This document shows positions 27,422 through 36,036 of a stretch of DNA of 61,315 nucleotides, piece by piece. Positions within the stretch are counted from its first letter, which is position 1; each line of letters starts with the position of its first letter. Both the position numbers and the translations under genes were made by a program. Source of the DNA: Chlamydiota bacterium (GTDB lineage: Bacteria; Chlamydiota; Chlamydiia; Chlamydiales; JAAKFQ01); NCBI GenBank assembly GCA_011064725.1, contig JAAKFQ010000003.1:1-61315 (forward strand), given 5' to 3'. The notes below the pieces were generated by a model, which had not been told where the DNA came from, did no database searches, and was given only the letters and a program-made list of their open reading frames with translations.

Positions 27422-27586
27422 AACCTGAGTTTTGGGTTTATTTCACTCATTCTCAGGGAAATAACTCTTTCTTCTCTTGGCTTTGCCTTAGAAATGACCT
27501 TTTGACCATTCCCTACGGTAAAAATCCCGAGAATTTAAGAGTCATCTCCTAGTGATTCTGAATAAACTAAACCCAAAACTCAGGTT
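27422..27586 (+). mobile_element. family A element, intact copy A4 (165 bp)
   Basis: 19-bp perfect TIR aacctgagttttgggttta / taaacccaaaactcaggtt. ATC on both flanks. Sits between cdsQ and pkn5. Confidence 0.7.
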
Positions 27587-27656
27587 ATCAAAAAGATACG
27601 CAAAAAAATGACTGTTTGAAAGACAAATTTTACAAATCTTGGTATCAATAGGATTA

Positions 27657-29189
27657 ATGGAAGATTTTTTTTTCAAACAAAAAACCCTTGCCTCTGATTT
27701 TAATCAGCCTATTTTAGAGCCTGTAAATATTCCCGATCTCATTGGCCCTTATAAGATCGATTCTTTTTTGAAAAAAGGCGGCATGAGTGAGTTGTTTTTA
27801 GCCTCAGATCCTGAAAGCAAACTCCCCCTTTGCATCAAAGTTTTGCCCAAACATTTTACCAGCAATGCTTCTTTGATCAAGCGTTTTTTAAAAGAGGCAA
27901 AAATCATTCAAATGACAGACCATCCCAACATTATCAAACTTTTTGGACAGGGAGAAGATCCCCTTGGGCTTTATATTGCCATGGAATTTATCCAAGGACT
28001 CAATTTAAAACAGCTGCTTTTCCAAAATAGTCTATCGCAGCAAAAATCTTTGAGCCTTGTGCTCAATATTAGCTATGCTCTGATGCATCTTCATGGACAT
28101 GGCGTGGTCCATAGAGATCTAAAACCTGAAAACATTTTGATCGATCATAAAGGCATTCCCAAAATTATCGACTTTGGAATTGCTCAGGTCAATCCCAATG
28201 CCTTTACCCAAGAAAATCTAAAAATTGCAGGCACACCTGCGTACATGAGCCCCGAACAAAAAGAAGATCCTTCCAAAGCTTCTTTTCAATCTGACATCTA
28301 TTCTCTTGGTGTGATTCTATATGAACTGATTTTGCAAAAACAGTGCTATGGTATGATCCAGCTCGAACTCATCCCAGAGCGGCTTAGAAAAATTTTACAA
28401 AAAGCCTTGCAACCAGATCTAAAAAAACGCTATTTGGATATTGTCGATTTTGTTCAAGATCTAAGCACATACATCCACAGCGGAAACATCGAAACACTCT
28501 CCTCAAGCGATTTCGAAAAACACGTCAAAGAAGAACTGGTTTCAACAAAAACACAACTGTGCCACCTGCCACCTCTCGATATTAATCTTTTTGAATTTGC
28601 AAAAACGCATTTAGAAGGTCCCTATGTCTATGATTTCCAAATTCTCGAAAATGGCGATCTACTCCTTGTGCAATTTGGACTTAAAGAATCGATTTCAAGC
28701 TATCTTCATCTGTCCAATATTTTGGGTGCATTTAAATCTAAAAAATATAAAACATTGCAAGAATCCGTCGAACATTTAGATCAATTTATTAAAGAACAAA
28801 ATATTCCCTCGCCCATCGCGCTATTTTTACAAATCCACCCACAAACAGATCAACTCCATTTCCTTTCCTTTGGTCATGTGTATTTGTTTCATGAAAGTAG
28901 AGAACCTGGATCTGCAAATTACATTTCTCATCGCAATCCTAATTTAGGAGAACTTAAAAGCTACAATTTACCCACAAAAACCTTTCGATTTTGGAAAGAA
29001 GATTGTTTAACATGGTTTTTATTTTCGCATTTAGAAGATTCCATGGAACAATTTTTAACACAATGCTTAAATGATTCTCATGAAAATGCTTCAGAAAACC
29101 GCCTTTTTTTACTGCTCGATCAAATCAAAATAAAAAGCCACAACGCCTTTGTTCTTCCTTTCATTGCAACGCTATTAAAGAAAGAATAA
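27657..29189 (+). CDS. pkn5: Ser/Thr protein kinase (Pkn5-like), T3SS-linked
   Basis: VHRDLKPENIL, IIDFGIA, GTPAYMSPE, Lys in LCIKVL. ATG 27657 has AGGA 4 nt upstream (track TTG 27639). ~230-aa C-terminal domain of unknown type. Confidence 0.85.
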   Translation: MEDFFFKQKTLASDFNQPILEPVNIPDLIGPYKIDSFLKKGGMSELFLASDPESKLPLCIKVLPKHFTSNASLIKRFLKEAKIIQMTDHPNIIKLFGQGEDPLGLYIAMEFIQGLNLKQLLFQNSLSQQKSLSLVLNISYALMHLHGHGVVHRDLKPENILIDHKGIPKIIDFGIAQVNPNAFTQENLKIAGTPAYMSPEQKEDPSKASFQSDIYSLGVILYELILQKQCYGMIQLELIPERLRKILQKALQPDLKKRYLDIVDFVQDLSTYIHSGNIETLSSSDFEKHVKEELVSTKTQLCHLPPLDINLFEFAKTHLEGPYVYDFQILENGDLLLVQFGLKESISSYLHLSNILGAFKSKKYKTLQESVEHLDQFIKEQNIPSPIALFLQIHPQTDQLHFLSFGHVYLFHESREPGSANYISHRNPNLGELKSYNLPTKTFRFWKEDCLTWFLFSHLEDSMEQFLTQCLNDSHENASENRLFLLLDQIKIKSHNAFVLPFIATLLKKE

Positions 29190-29353
29190 CACACATTCAA
29201 GAGTTATTTTTTACATCTCTTTTTTTAAAGTCCTCTTACTAGTGCATAAAGTTCATTTTTGCTATTGGTATAATTTGCATAATCATTTAGAATAAAGCAA
29301 GTTCGCGTGAAGTAAAAAAGGGGTCGGTCGGCAAGATCCGATTTTAGTTTTTG

Positions 29354-32300
29354 ATGAAACAAAAAAACGCATTGCATTGGCTAAAAAAGAGTGTTTTTTT
29401 TCTCGCATTGTGCTGCTTTCTTAACATTAGTTTTGCAGACACAACGGCCGATGATACAACACCTCAGACAAGCACCTCTGACACAGAGGTTGTACAAACA
29501 ACGCCATCAACTCAAGAAGATGCCACGCCCCCCCCATCTACAGACACAAACAAAACAGATCTTTCACAAGAGGTGATTGATCCTTCAAATGTAGCCCAAC
29601 CGGAACAAAAGCAAAGCAATCCATGGTGGGATTTTATTTTAAAAGGGCGCCCTCAAAAATCCAAACAAATTTCTCCAGAACCACCTAAAACCGCTCCTGT
29701 TCAAGAAAAAGATCCCTGGACACAAAATGAAAATGGTTATGAAATTAATTTCAACAATGTCTCGATTGTCGAAGTGATAAAAACCATCTCAAAGATGACA
29801 AAACTCAATTTTGTGTTCGATGAAAGTCAACTCACTTTCAATGTTACCATTGTTTCTTCTGGCCCCACCTCTTTGGCCAACTTGATTTCCAGTTTCGTTC
29901 AAGTGCTTCAAGTCAATGGGTACACGCTTTCAGAAGAAGGCAATGCGTTTGTGATCCATTCTGTCGGTGAAGTGAATAGTCTTGCCAAATTTGTCTTGCC
30001 AAATGAACAAATCCCTTTTGAAACAGCTTTGATCACAAAAGCCTTTTCTTTAGAAAATCTTGCCCCTTCTTATATTCTAGAAACTGTCAAACCCCTGCTT
30101 TCACAATCTGCTTTAATTGAAGCAAGCGATTCCACACGCCATTTGATCATCACAGACACTCCAGGAAATATCGCAGCTTTGCAAAGGCTTGTGACATTTT
30201 TGGACTCTCCTAATGAATCGGCGCAAATTGGTGTCTACAAAGTTTCTAATTTTTATGCCTCTTCTTTGACCACGCTTGCCGACAAAATTTTACAAGCATT
30301 ACCAGACAAAACAGATGTATTATTGATTCCACAAGACACCAGTGAAAACATCATTATTGTCGCAACGCCTTATCTTGTGAAAAAGACACAGAGTCTTTTA
30401 AAACAGCTCGATCAAGTATCCATTGCTTCTGGCGAAAAACAGCAAAAACAAGTGAATTTTGAAAATATTTTCCTCTACACACCACAATTTCGTTCTTATG
30501 AAGCTGTGTTAAGTGCTTTGAAACTCATCAATACCAATCTTGAAGAAATGGGATCTTCCTATTCTGATTTAAAAGACGTGGTTGAGTCTGCATATTGGAT
30601 ACAAGATATTTCTGCATTTTTATTCGTAGGTGATCCTCAAAACATTTCAAAACTCCAAGCCATTTTAAAAGACATTGATTCGGCGTCCACAGACGCTTAC
30701 CCAAGCTCTACTGTGCTTTTCACTTATGACCCTCAATACATCACTACAGAAGATTTGACAACAGCCCTACAAAACGTGGCGACTAATCTAAAAGCACTCA
30801 AAAATGCAGCACCTGCATTGATTCATATGCTCGAATCGATCCATATCATTCCTAAAACAGAATCTGTGATCTTTGTTGGAGAAAAAATAGCCCTTGCACA
30901 ATTGCAAGAAATCCTTAAATCCGTCGATATTGATATTGCGAACGTACCGATTGTCAAATCGCCTAACTTTAATTTTCTTGTCTATGATTTAAAATTCATC
31001 ACTTTTAATGATCTTAACCAATCTTTGCAAGACATCACCCAAATCATTAGCAAAACTGATGATCCTGACAAAACCCTGATTGATACCATCAACTCTATTC
31101 ATTATATCCAGGACACCAATTCAGTGATTTTCACAGGGTCAAAACGTTCACTGCAAAACGTCGAAAGTTTGCTTGAAAAATTTGATACAGAAGATCAACA
31201 ACAGCGCGCACATCAGCAATTTTTCATCTACAAACCCCAAAATCGCAAACCTAAAGATATCCAAGATAGTCTTCAAGAAATGACCAGTTATCTCAAAACT
31301 CAAGAGATGATCGATCCACAAATGCTCGACATGATTGAAAGTGTCAAACTCATCCAAGATACAGGCTCTTTGCTTTTCGTCGGCAGCCAACAAACCTACA
31401 CTCAAATAGAAACCCTTTTGCAAAATATTGATATACCCGCTGGACAAATCACAGTGAGCGCTTTGGGCACTTCTAATTATTTAATTTATTCTATTACAGC
31501 AGCCCAAGAAGTAAAATTGATGGATGCTTTAAAAGAGTTGGCAAAAAAATTGCAGTCAACCCCTACACCAGATAATGAACTCATCTTTGCGCTGCAACAT
31601 CCTGAATACATCTCCCAAACACATTCATTGATTTTTGTTGGCGACGATAACACGCTTAAAGAAATTTCCGACATCATGTCAAAGCTCGATATCTCTCCAG
31701 CAGGTCAATCGATCACAAATTTCGTTCTCTACGTTCCTCAATATTTAGAACCCCAAGAAGTGATTGATGATTTAAATGTGATGGCTTCTCAACTTTCCGA
31801 TTCAGGACTCAATGATCAATCGCTCATTTTAACACTTTCTTCTGGTGTTTATTCTAAAAAAACAGGTGCCATTATTTTCACAGGCACAGAAGACTCACTT
31901 GGAAAAACACAAAACATTTTAAAAACATTGGATGTTCCCGACTCTTCTGTAGGCCAACACCTCTTTATTTATAAACCACAAAATCTCTCTCCAAAAGAAT
32001 TACTTGCGTCTTTGCAAGCTGCCGTCAAACAGCTCGATGGAAAAAGTGAATACCAATTAAATACTGCCATTAAAAACGGGAAAATTATTGCAGGATCTCT
32101 TTCTTTCAAAGGCTCTGAAGCTTCTGTTCATCACATTCAAGAGATGATAAAAACATTGGACACAATTACGCCCGATGCAAATCAACAACAGATTTTCATC
32201 TATACACCTCAATACATGTCCATCACTCAGTTGAAAAACAACTTAGAAAACCTTGTAGATAAATTAGAACAAGATCCCTCTTCATCGAGTTTGGTTAGCA

Positions 32301-34369
32301 TCATAAAAGAAAGCTACGTAGAAAAAAAATCTAATGCTGTTGTTTTCAAGGGACCTGCTCAGATTTTAGACCAAATCAAAACTGTTTTACAAGAATTGGA
32401 TCAACCTTCTACAAAAGAAGAAGCCATTTTTGTCTATACTTTAAAAAACGTCTCCATCAAAGATGCGACTTACTACTTAAGCACTGTTGAAGATCATTTG
32501 AAAGAAGCACCAAACCCAGATCATGCGCTCATAGACGTCATTGAATCTGCAAAATCCATTCCTCAAAGCAACTCACTCATGTTTACAGGAAAAGCTCTAG
32601 CCATTACTCAACTTCAAGAGTTGCTTGCAAAATATGACAGTCCAGACAATGCCCCTTCTCCAAAACAATCACAGTCTGCATTTATCATGTACACACCAAA
32701 ATACATCTCAGGAAGTACCCTCGTTTCTAATTTGAAAAGTGCAGGTAAAGAACTTCAAGATTCTGGCCTTGCCAATCCTTATTTGATCAAATCCTTACAA
32801 ACAGCACGTTACAACCATGACTCCAATTCAGTCATAGTCACAGGAAATGATTCCACACTCAAAGACGTCAAAGATCTTATCTCCCATTTCGATACCACAA
32901 AAGCTGCTCCCTCTACTACTGGCAGCAAAAGCAACTACCTTGTCTACAAACCAAAATTTGTCACAGGTCCCACGTTAGAGAATTGGATGGTAGATTCGAC
33001 AAAAAATCTAGAAAAATCCGGGCTCAATGATCCCAAACTTATCGATGCTCTAAAATCTATGCACTATAATAGCGACACAGGCACTCTCACTTTTTCTGGA
33101 GACCAACAATCGCTTGCTAAGGTGCAAGATTTGATTAATGACTATGACAATGAATCCAATGCGCAAAATGGAGAATCTGGGCTTCCCTCTTCAGAAGGCC
33201 TGACATTTTTGGTCTACAAATTACAATATCATCAGGGCGATGAAATCATTGATGCTCTATCTAGCATTAGTACCGATTTACGCAAATATCAAACAGGCAC
33301 AGAAAATGATGTGGTTCTCAATGCGATTTCTTCTGTTCAATGGCTCAAAATCACAAATTCCCTTTTAATTTCTGGCTCTTCAACAACCCTACAAAAAATA
33401 AAAAGTCTTATTCAAAAACTGGACATTCCTTTGCAACAAATTTTCTTAGAAGTGTTGATCATTAGAACAAGCGCTCTCGATATTCTAAATTTTGGTTTGC
33501 GCTGGGGAACTGCCGGAACCATTTTAAAAAAGTTTTCTACCGCTTTCGGCCTTTTTCCTGATACCGGTAATTTCACTAACTTAAACAAATTTGGTTCTAA
33601 CATTTTAAACGCAGGGGGGACTACTACTCCTGCACCTACAACAGTGGGAGCTAATGGTTTTGATTTAGGTGTTATTGGAGATATTATTTTCCATAAAGGC
33701 AAATCCTTTTTAACACTAGGAGCTTTGGTAGCAGCGCTTCAAAAAGATTCAAATGATACCAGTATTCAAACACATAACACTGTCGCGCAAGATAATCAGC
33801 AAGCGCACATCTTTTCCGGATTTAACCGTCCCTTTGATCTGTCGAGTTTTACCCAACAAATTTCCACTGGTGGAACCAATTCTACTGCAACTAATGAGTA
33901 CCGCGACGTAGGATTTGATCTACAAATCACACCCATTATTGGAGGAGATGATATTATCACACTGATCATTGATCAAAAGTTTACAGAATCGTCAGCAGAA
34001 CAGCTCAACAATGTACAAAGTAATACGGTTTCAAAACAGGTCACCACCACACGTGTACGCGCGCCTAACAACCATTTTATCGCCCTTTCTGGCGCTCTTA
34101 CAGATACACGCTCTCGCGCCAAAACAGGTATTCCTTGTTTAGGTGGACTTCCTGTTGTCGGCGCTTTATTTAGTGATGTGACAAGAACCAATCAAAAAGA
34201 TAATATCATCATCTTTATCCGCCCACAGATTATCACTTCTGACCAACAAGTTGTCAATATGACAGAAAGACAAGAAGATCGTTTCAGAGAAAACGCAGGA
34301 AGTTTAGAACTTCAATATGACGTCGATGACGCAATCAATATGATGGTGCCCATAGATGAGATTGAATAA
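29354..34369 (+). CDS. cdsC: T3SS outer-membrane secretin SctC (CdsC), giant form with ~13 tandem secretin-N modules
   Basis: Signal peptide MKQKNALHWLKKSVFFLALCCFLNISFA. N0-like YEINFNNVSIVEVIKTISK. Repeated modules span 30224-33424. C-terminal secretin domain GIPCLGGLPVVGALFSDV...IIIFIRPQII. TGgTATAAT at 29266-29274 is a possible promoter. Confidence 0.9.
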   Translation: MKQKNALHWLKKSVFFLALCCFLNISFADTTADDTTPQTSTSDTEVVQTTPSTQEDATPPPSTDTNKTDLSQEVIDPSNVAQPEQKQSNPWWDFILKGRPQKSKQISPEPPKTAPVQEKDPWTQNENGYEINFNNVSIVEVIKTISKMTKLNFVFDESQLTFNVTIVSSGPTSLANLISSFVQVLQVNGYTLSEEGNAFVIHSVGEVNSLAKFVLPNEQIPFETALITKAFSLENLAPSYILETVKPLLSQSALIEASDSTRHLIITDTPGNIAALQRLVTFLDSPNESAQIGVYKVSNFYASSLTTLADKILQALPDKTDVLLIPQDTSENIIIVATPYLVKKTQSLLKQLDQVSIASGEKQQKQVNFENIFLYTPQFRSYEAVLSALKLINTNLEEMGSSYSDLKDVVESAYWIQDISAFLFVGDPQNISKLQAILKDIDSASTDAYPSSTVLFTYDPQYITTEDLTTALQNVATNLKALKNAAPALIHMLESIHIIPKTESVIFVGEKIALAQLQEILKSVDIDIANVPIVKSPNFNFLVYDLKFITFNDLNQSLQDITQIISKTDDPDKTLIDTINSIHYIQDTNSVIFTGSKRSLQNVESLLEKFDTEDQQQRAHQQFFIYKPQNRKPKDIQDSLQEMTSYLKTQEMIDPQMLDMIESVKLIQDTGSLLFVGSQQTYTQIETLLQNIDIPAGQITVSALGTSNYLIYSITAAQEVKLMDALKELAKKLQSTPTPDNELIFALQHPEYISQTHSLIFVGDDNTLKEISDIMSKLDISPAGQSITNFVLYVPQYLEPQEVIDDLNVMASQLSDSGLNDQSLILTLSSGVYSKKTGAIIFTGTEDSLGKTQNILKTLDVPDSSVGQHLFIYKPQNLSPKELLASLQAAVKQLDGKSEYQLNTAIKNGKIIAGSLSFKGSEASVHHIQEMIKTLDTITPDANQQQIFIYTPQYMSITQLKNNLENLVDKLEQDPSSSSLVSIIKESYVEKKSNAVVFKGPAQILDQIKTVLQELDQPSTKEEAIFVYTLKNVSIKDATYYLSTVEDHLKEAPNPDHALIDVIESAKSIPQSNSLMFTGKALAITQLQELLAKYDSPDNAPSPKQSQSAFIMYTPKYISGSTLVSNLKSAGKELQDSGLANPYLIKSLQTARYNHDSNSVIVTGNDSTLKDVKDLISHFDTTKAAPSTTGSKSNYLVYKPKFVTGPTLENWMVDSTKNLEKSGLNDPKLIDALKSMHYNSDTGTLTFSGDQQSLAKVQDLINDYDNESNAQNGESGLPSSEGLTFLVYKLQYHQGDEIIDALSSISTDLRKYQTGTENDVVLNAISSVQWLKITNSLLISGSSTTLQKIKSLIQKLDIPLQQIFLEVLIIRTSALDILNFGLRWGTAGTILKKFSTAFGLFPDTGNFTNLNKFGSNILNAGGTTTPAPTTVGANGFDLGVIGDIIFHKGKSFLTLGALVAALQKDSNDTSIQTHNTVAQDNQQAHIFSGFNRPFDLSSFTQQISTGGTNSTATNEYRDVGFDLQITPIIGGDDIITLIIDQKFTESSAEQLNNVQSNTVSKQVTTTRVRAPNNHFIALSGALTDTRSRAKTGIPCLGGLPVVGALFSDVTRTNQKDNIIIFIRPQIITSDQQVVNMTERQEDRFRENAGSLELQYDVDDAINMMVPIDEIE

Positions 34370-35306
34370 CTATTTTTTACTTCTTTGCTGTCTTTTTTTA
34401 TGCAGCTGTTACAAGCCTAAAAAAGAGACCGACATGATGGCCTATTCGATTTCAGAAACGCAACTGCGCTCACTCGGCACTTGCTTTACTCCATTTACAG
34501 AAGAAGAAAAACAAAAAAGTTTTGCAAAGGAGTATTTGATTGCTATCAATTTTGCAAAAGAGCTCGATTACTATCGCGCTGTGACAACTTTTAAACGTTC
34601 CAAGGTTCTTGCCGAAATCGAAGAACCCGATCGCGTCCATCAAGCAGAATATGCCATTCTACTCTCCTATTTTTTAGCCAATCGTTTTTACGATGTCGCT
34701 CGCGAATTTGAACGTTCTAATTTACGCAAAGAAATGCAACCCGACTTTCCCGCTTTCCATGATCTTGTCATCATTTTGCATGAAAGCTATTTAAAAATTG
34801 GTAATGAAGAAAAGGCAAAAGAAGCACTTTCACTACTAGACAAACAAGATGAAGTGACAACAGATCGCATCGAAGTGTATGATGTGTTAGATAAGGGACG
34901 CTTTAAAGAGCTCTACACATACACGCAAAACAAACCCTACGGCGACGATCTGCAATTTTTTATCGATCAATACCAATCTAAAGCTAAATCGATGCGAACA
35001 GCAGCGCTGTTATCGATGGTCATTCCAGGCTCTGGCTATTTGTATGCTGGCCAAACGCGCTCTTTTGTAACCAGTTTTTTACTTAACACTTTATTCATTG
35101 TCGCAGCAGTGCATCTTTTTAACAAAAATCATATTGCCGCCGGCGTGGTTGTCTTGGGTTTTGAAATGGGTTGGTACTTTGGTGCCATCTACGGCTCTGC
35201 ACGCGCAGTCAAATTCTACAATGAACGCCTGTATGGAAAACAAGCCAGATGGCTTGCAGAAGAATATAAATTTTACCCAGCTTTAAATCTAAAATGCGCA
35301 TTTTAA
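34356..35306 (+). CDS. lipoprotein with helical-repeat (TPR-like) N-domain and C-terminal membrane domain
   Basis: Lipobox-like LFLCS|C. Helical repeat region. C-terminal hydrophobic segments (LLSMVIPGSGYLYAG..; LLNTLFIVAAVHLF; GVVVLGFEMGWYFGAIYG). The start overlaps the cdsC end by 14 nt. Confidence 0.65.
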   Translation: MRLNNYFLLLCCLFLCSCYKPKKETDMMAYSISETQLRSLGTCFTPFTEEEKQKSFAKEYLIAINFAKELDYYRAVTTFKRSKVLAEIEEPDRVHQAEYAILLSYFLANRFYDVAREFERSNLRKEMQPDFPAFHDLVIILHESYLKIGNEEKAKEALSLLDKQDEVTTDRIEVYDVLDKGRFKELYTYTQNKPYGDDLQFFIDQYQSKAKSMRTAALLSMVIPGSGYLYAGQTRSFVTSFLLNTLFIVAAVHLFNKNHIAAGVVVLGFEMGWYFGAIYGSARAVKFYNERLYGKQARWLAEEYKFYPALNLKCAF

Positions 35307-35728
35307 CCAACACTGTGCGAAAAATCTTAAGCGTAGGAAGACTGCAAGGAATAATTTGCGGCCTATTGCTCCTCTGCTGCTGTAGTTGGCAAAAAACCAC
35401 CTGGGAAGAACCTTGGGGCAAAGACAAAGAACTTGTGCATTTTGATCGCACAGAAAAAAAGACACAAAAAACATCCTACAATCCGCTATACCACGCCGGG
35501 ATTTTGATGATTCAATTCCACCAAACGTTCATCTCCCCCATGAACCAAGACAGAAGCAATTTCCGTCCTACAAGCTCGCAATATGCCATGGATGCGATCA
35601 AAAGACATGGTTTTGTACAAGGCTTTATCATGGGATGTGATCGCTTAATGCGCGAAAATGATGATGAGTGGGTCTACAATCAAAAAGAGATCAATGGCAT
35701 CTTGTGGAAATATGACCCTGTCGAATAA
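35294..35728 (+). CDS. YidD-like protein (membrane-protein insertion efficiency factor family) lacking the conserved cysteines
   Basis: FHQTFISPMNQDRSNFRPTSSQYAMDAIKRHGFVQGFIMGCDRLMRE parallels the YidD consensus (..Y...iSp....CRF.PTCS.Y...Ai..hG...G......Ri.rC.P), but with Ser where the CRF/PTCS Cys residues are expected. N-terminal hydrophobic/Cys-rich leader. 13-nt overlap with the upstream gene. Confidence 0.6.
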   Translation: MRILTNTVRKILSVGRLQGIICGLLLLCCCSWQKTTWEEPWGKDKELVHFDRTEKKTQKTSYNPLYHAGILMIQFHQTFISPMNQDRSNFRPTSSQYAMDAIKRHGFVQGFIMGCDRLMRENDDEWVYNQKEINGILWKYDPVE

Positions 35729-35729
35729 T

Positions 35730-35894
35730 AACCTGCGTTTCTAAGTTTATTTCATTCATTCTCAGGGAGATAACTCTTTCTTCTCTTGGCTTTACCTGAG
35801 AAATGGCCTTTTGAAAAGCTGGATGAAGAGTTGGACGAAGTCAATTGTTCCTTGCAGCTCTCCTATGAATTGGAGTTGCTGCGTAACATCAGTT
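35730..35894 (+). mobile_element. chimeric remnant: left half of a family A element fused to the right half of a family B element
   Basis: 35730-~35814 matches the A left end up to gaaatggccttttga. ~35815-35894 matches the B right half, ending gctgcgtaacatcagtt. Starts 1 nt after the yidD-like stop. Confidence 0.6.
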
Positions 35895-36036
35895 AAAAAA
35901 ATCTTGCAGATTTGTACAGAATTTTACACAACTATCTGATAATTAGATATTTAGTGTTTTACACCCATAAAAAGTTTAGGAGCTTTTATTATAAAATCTA
36001 TTCATTTATAATAACCCTACCAAATTGAGTATTCTT

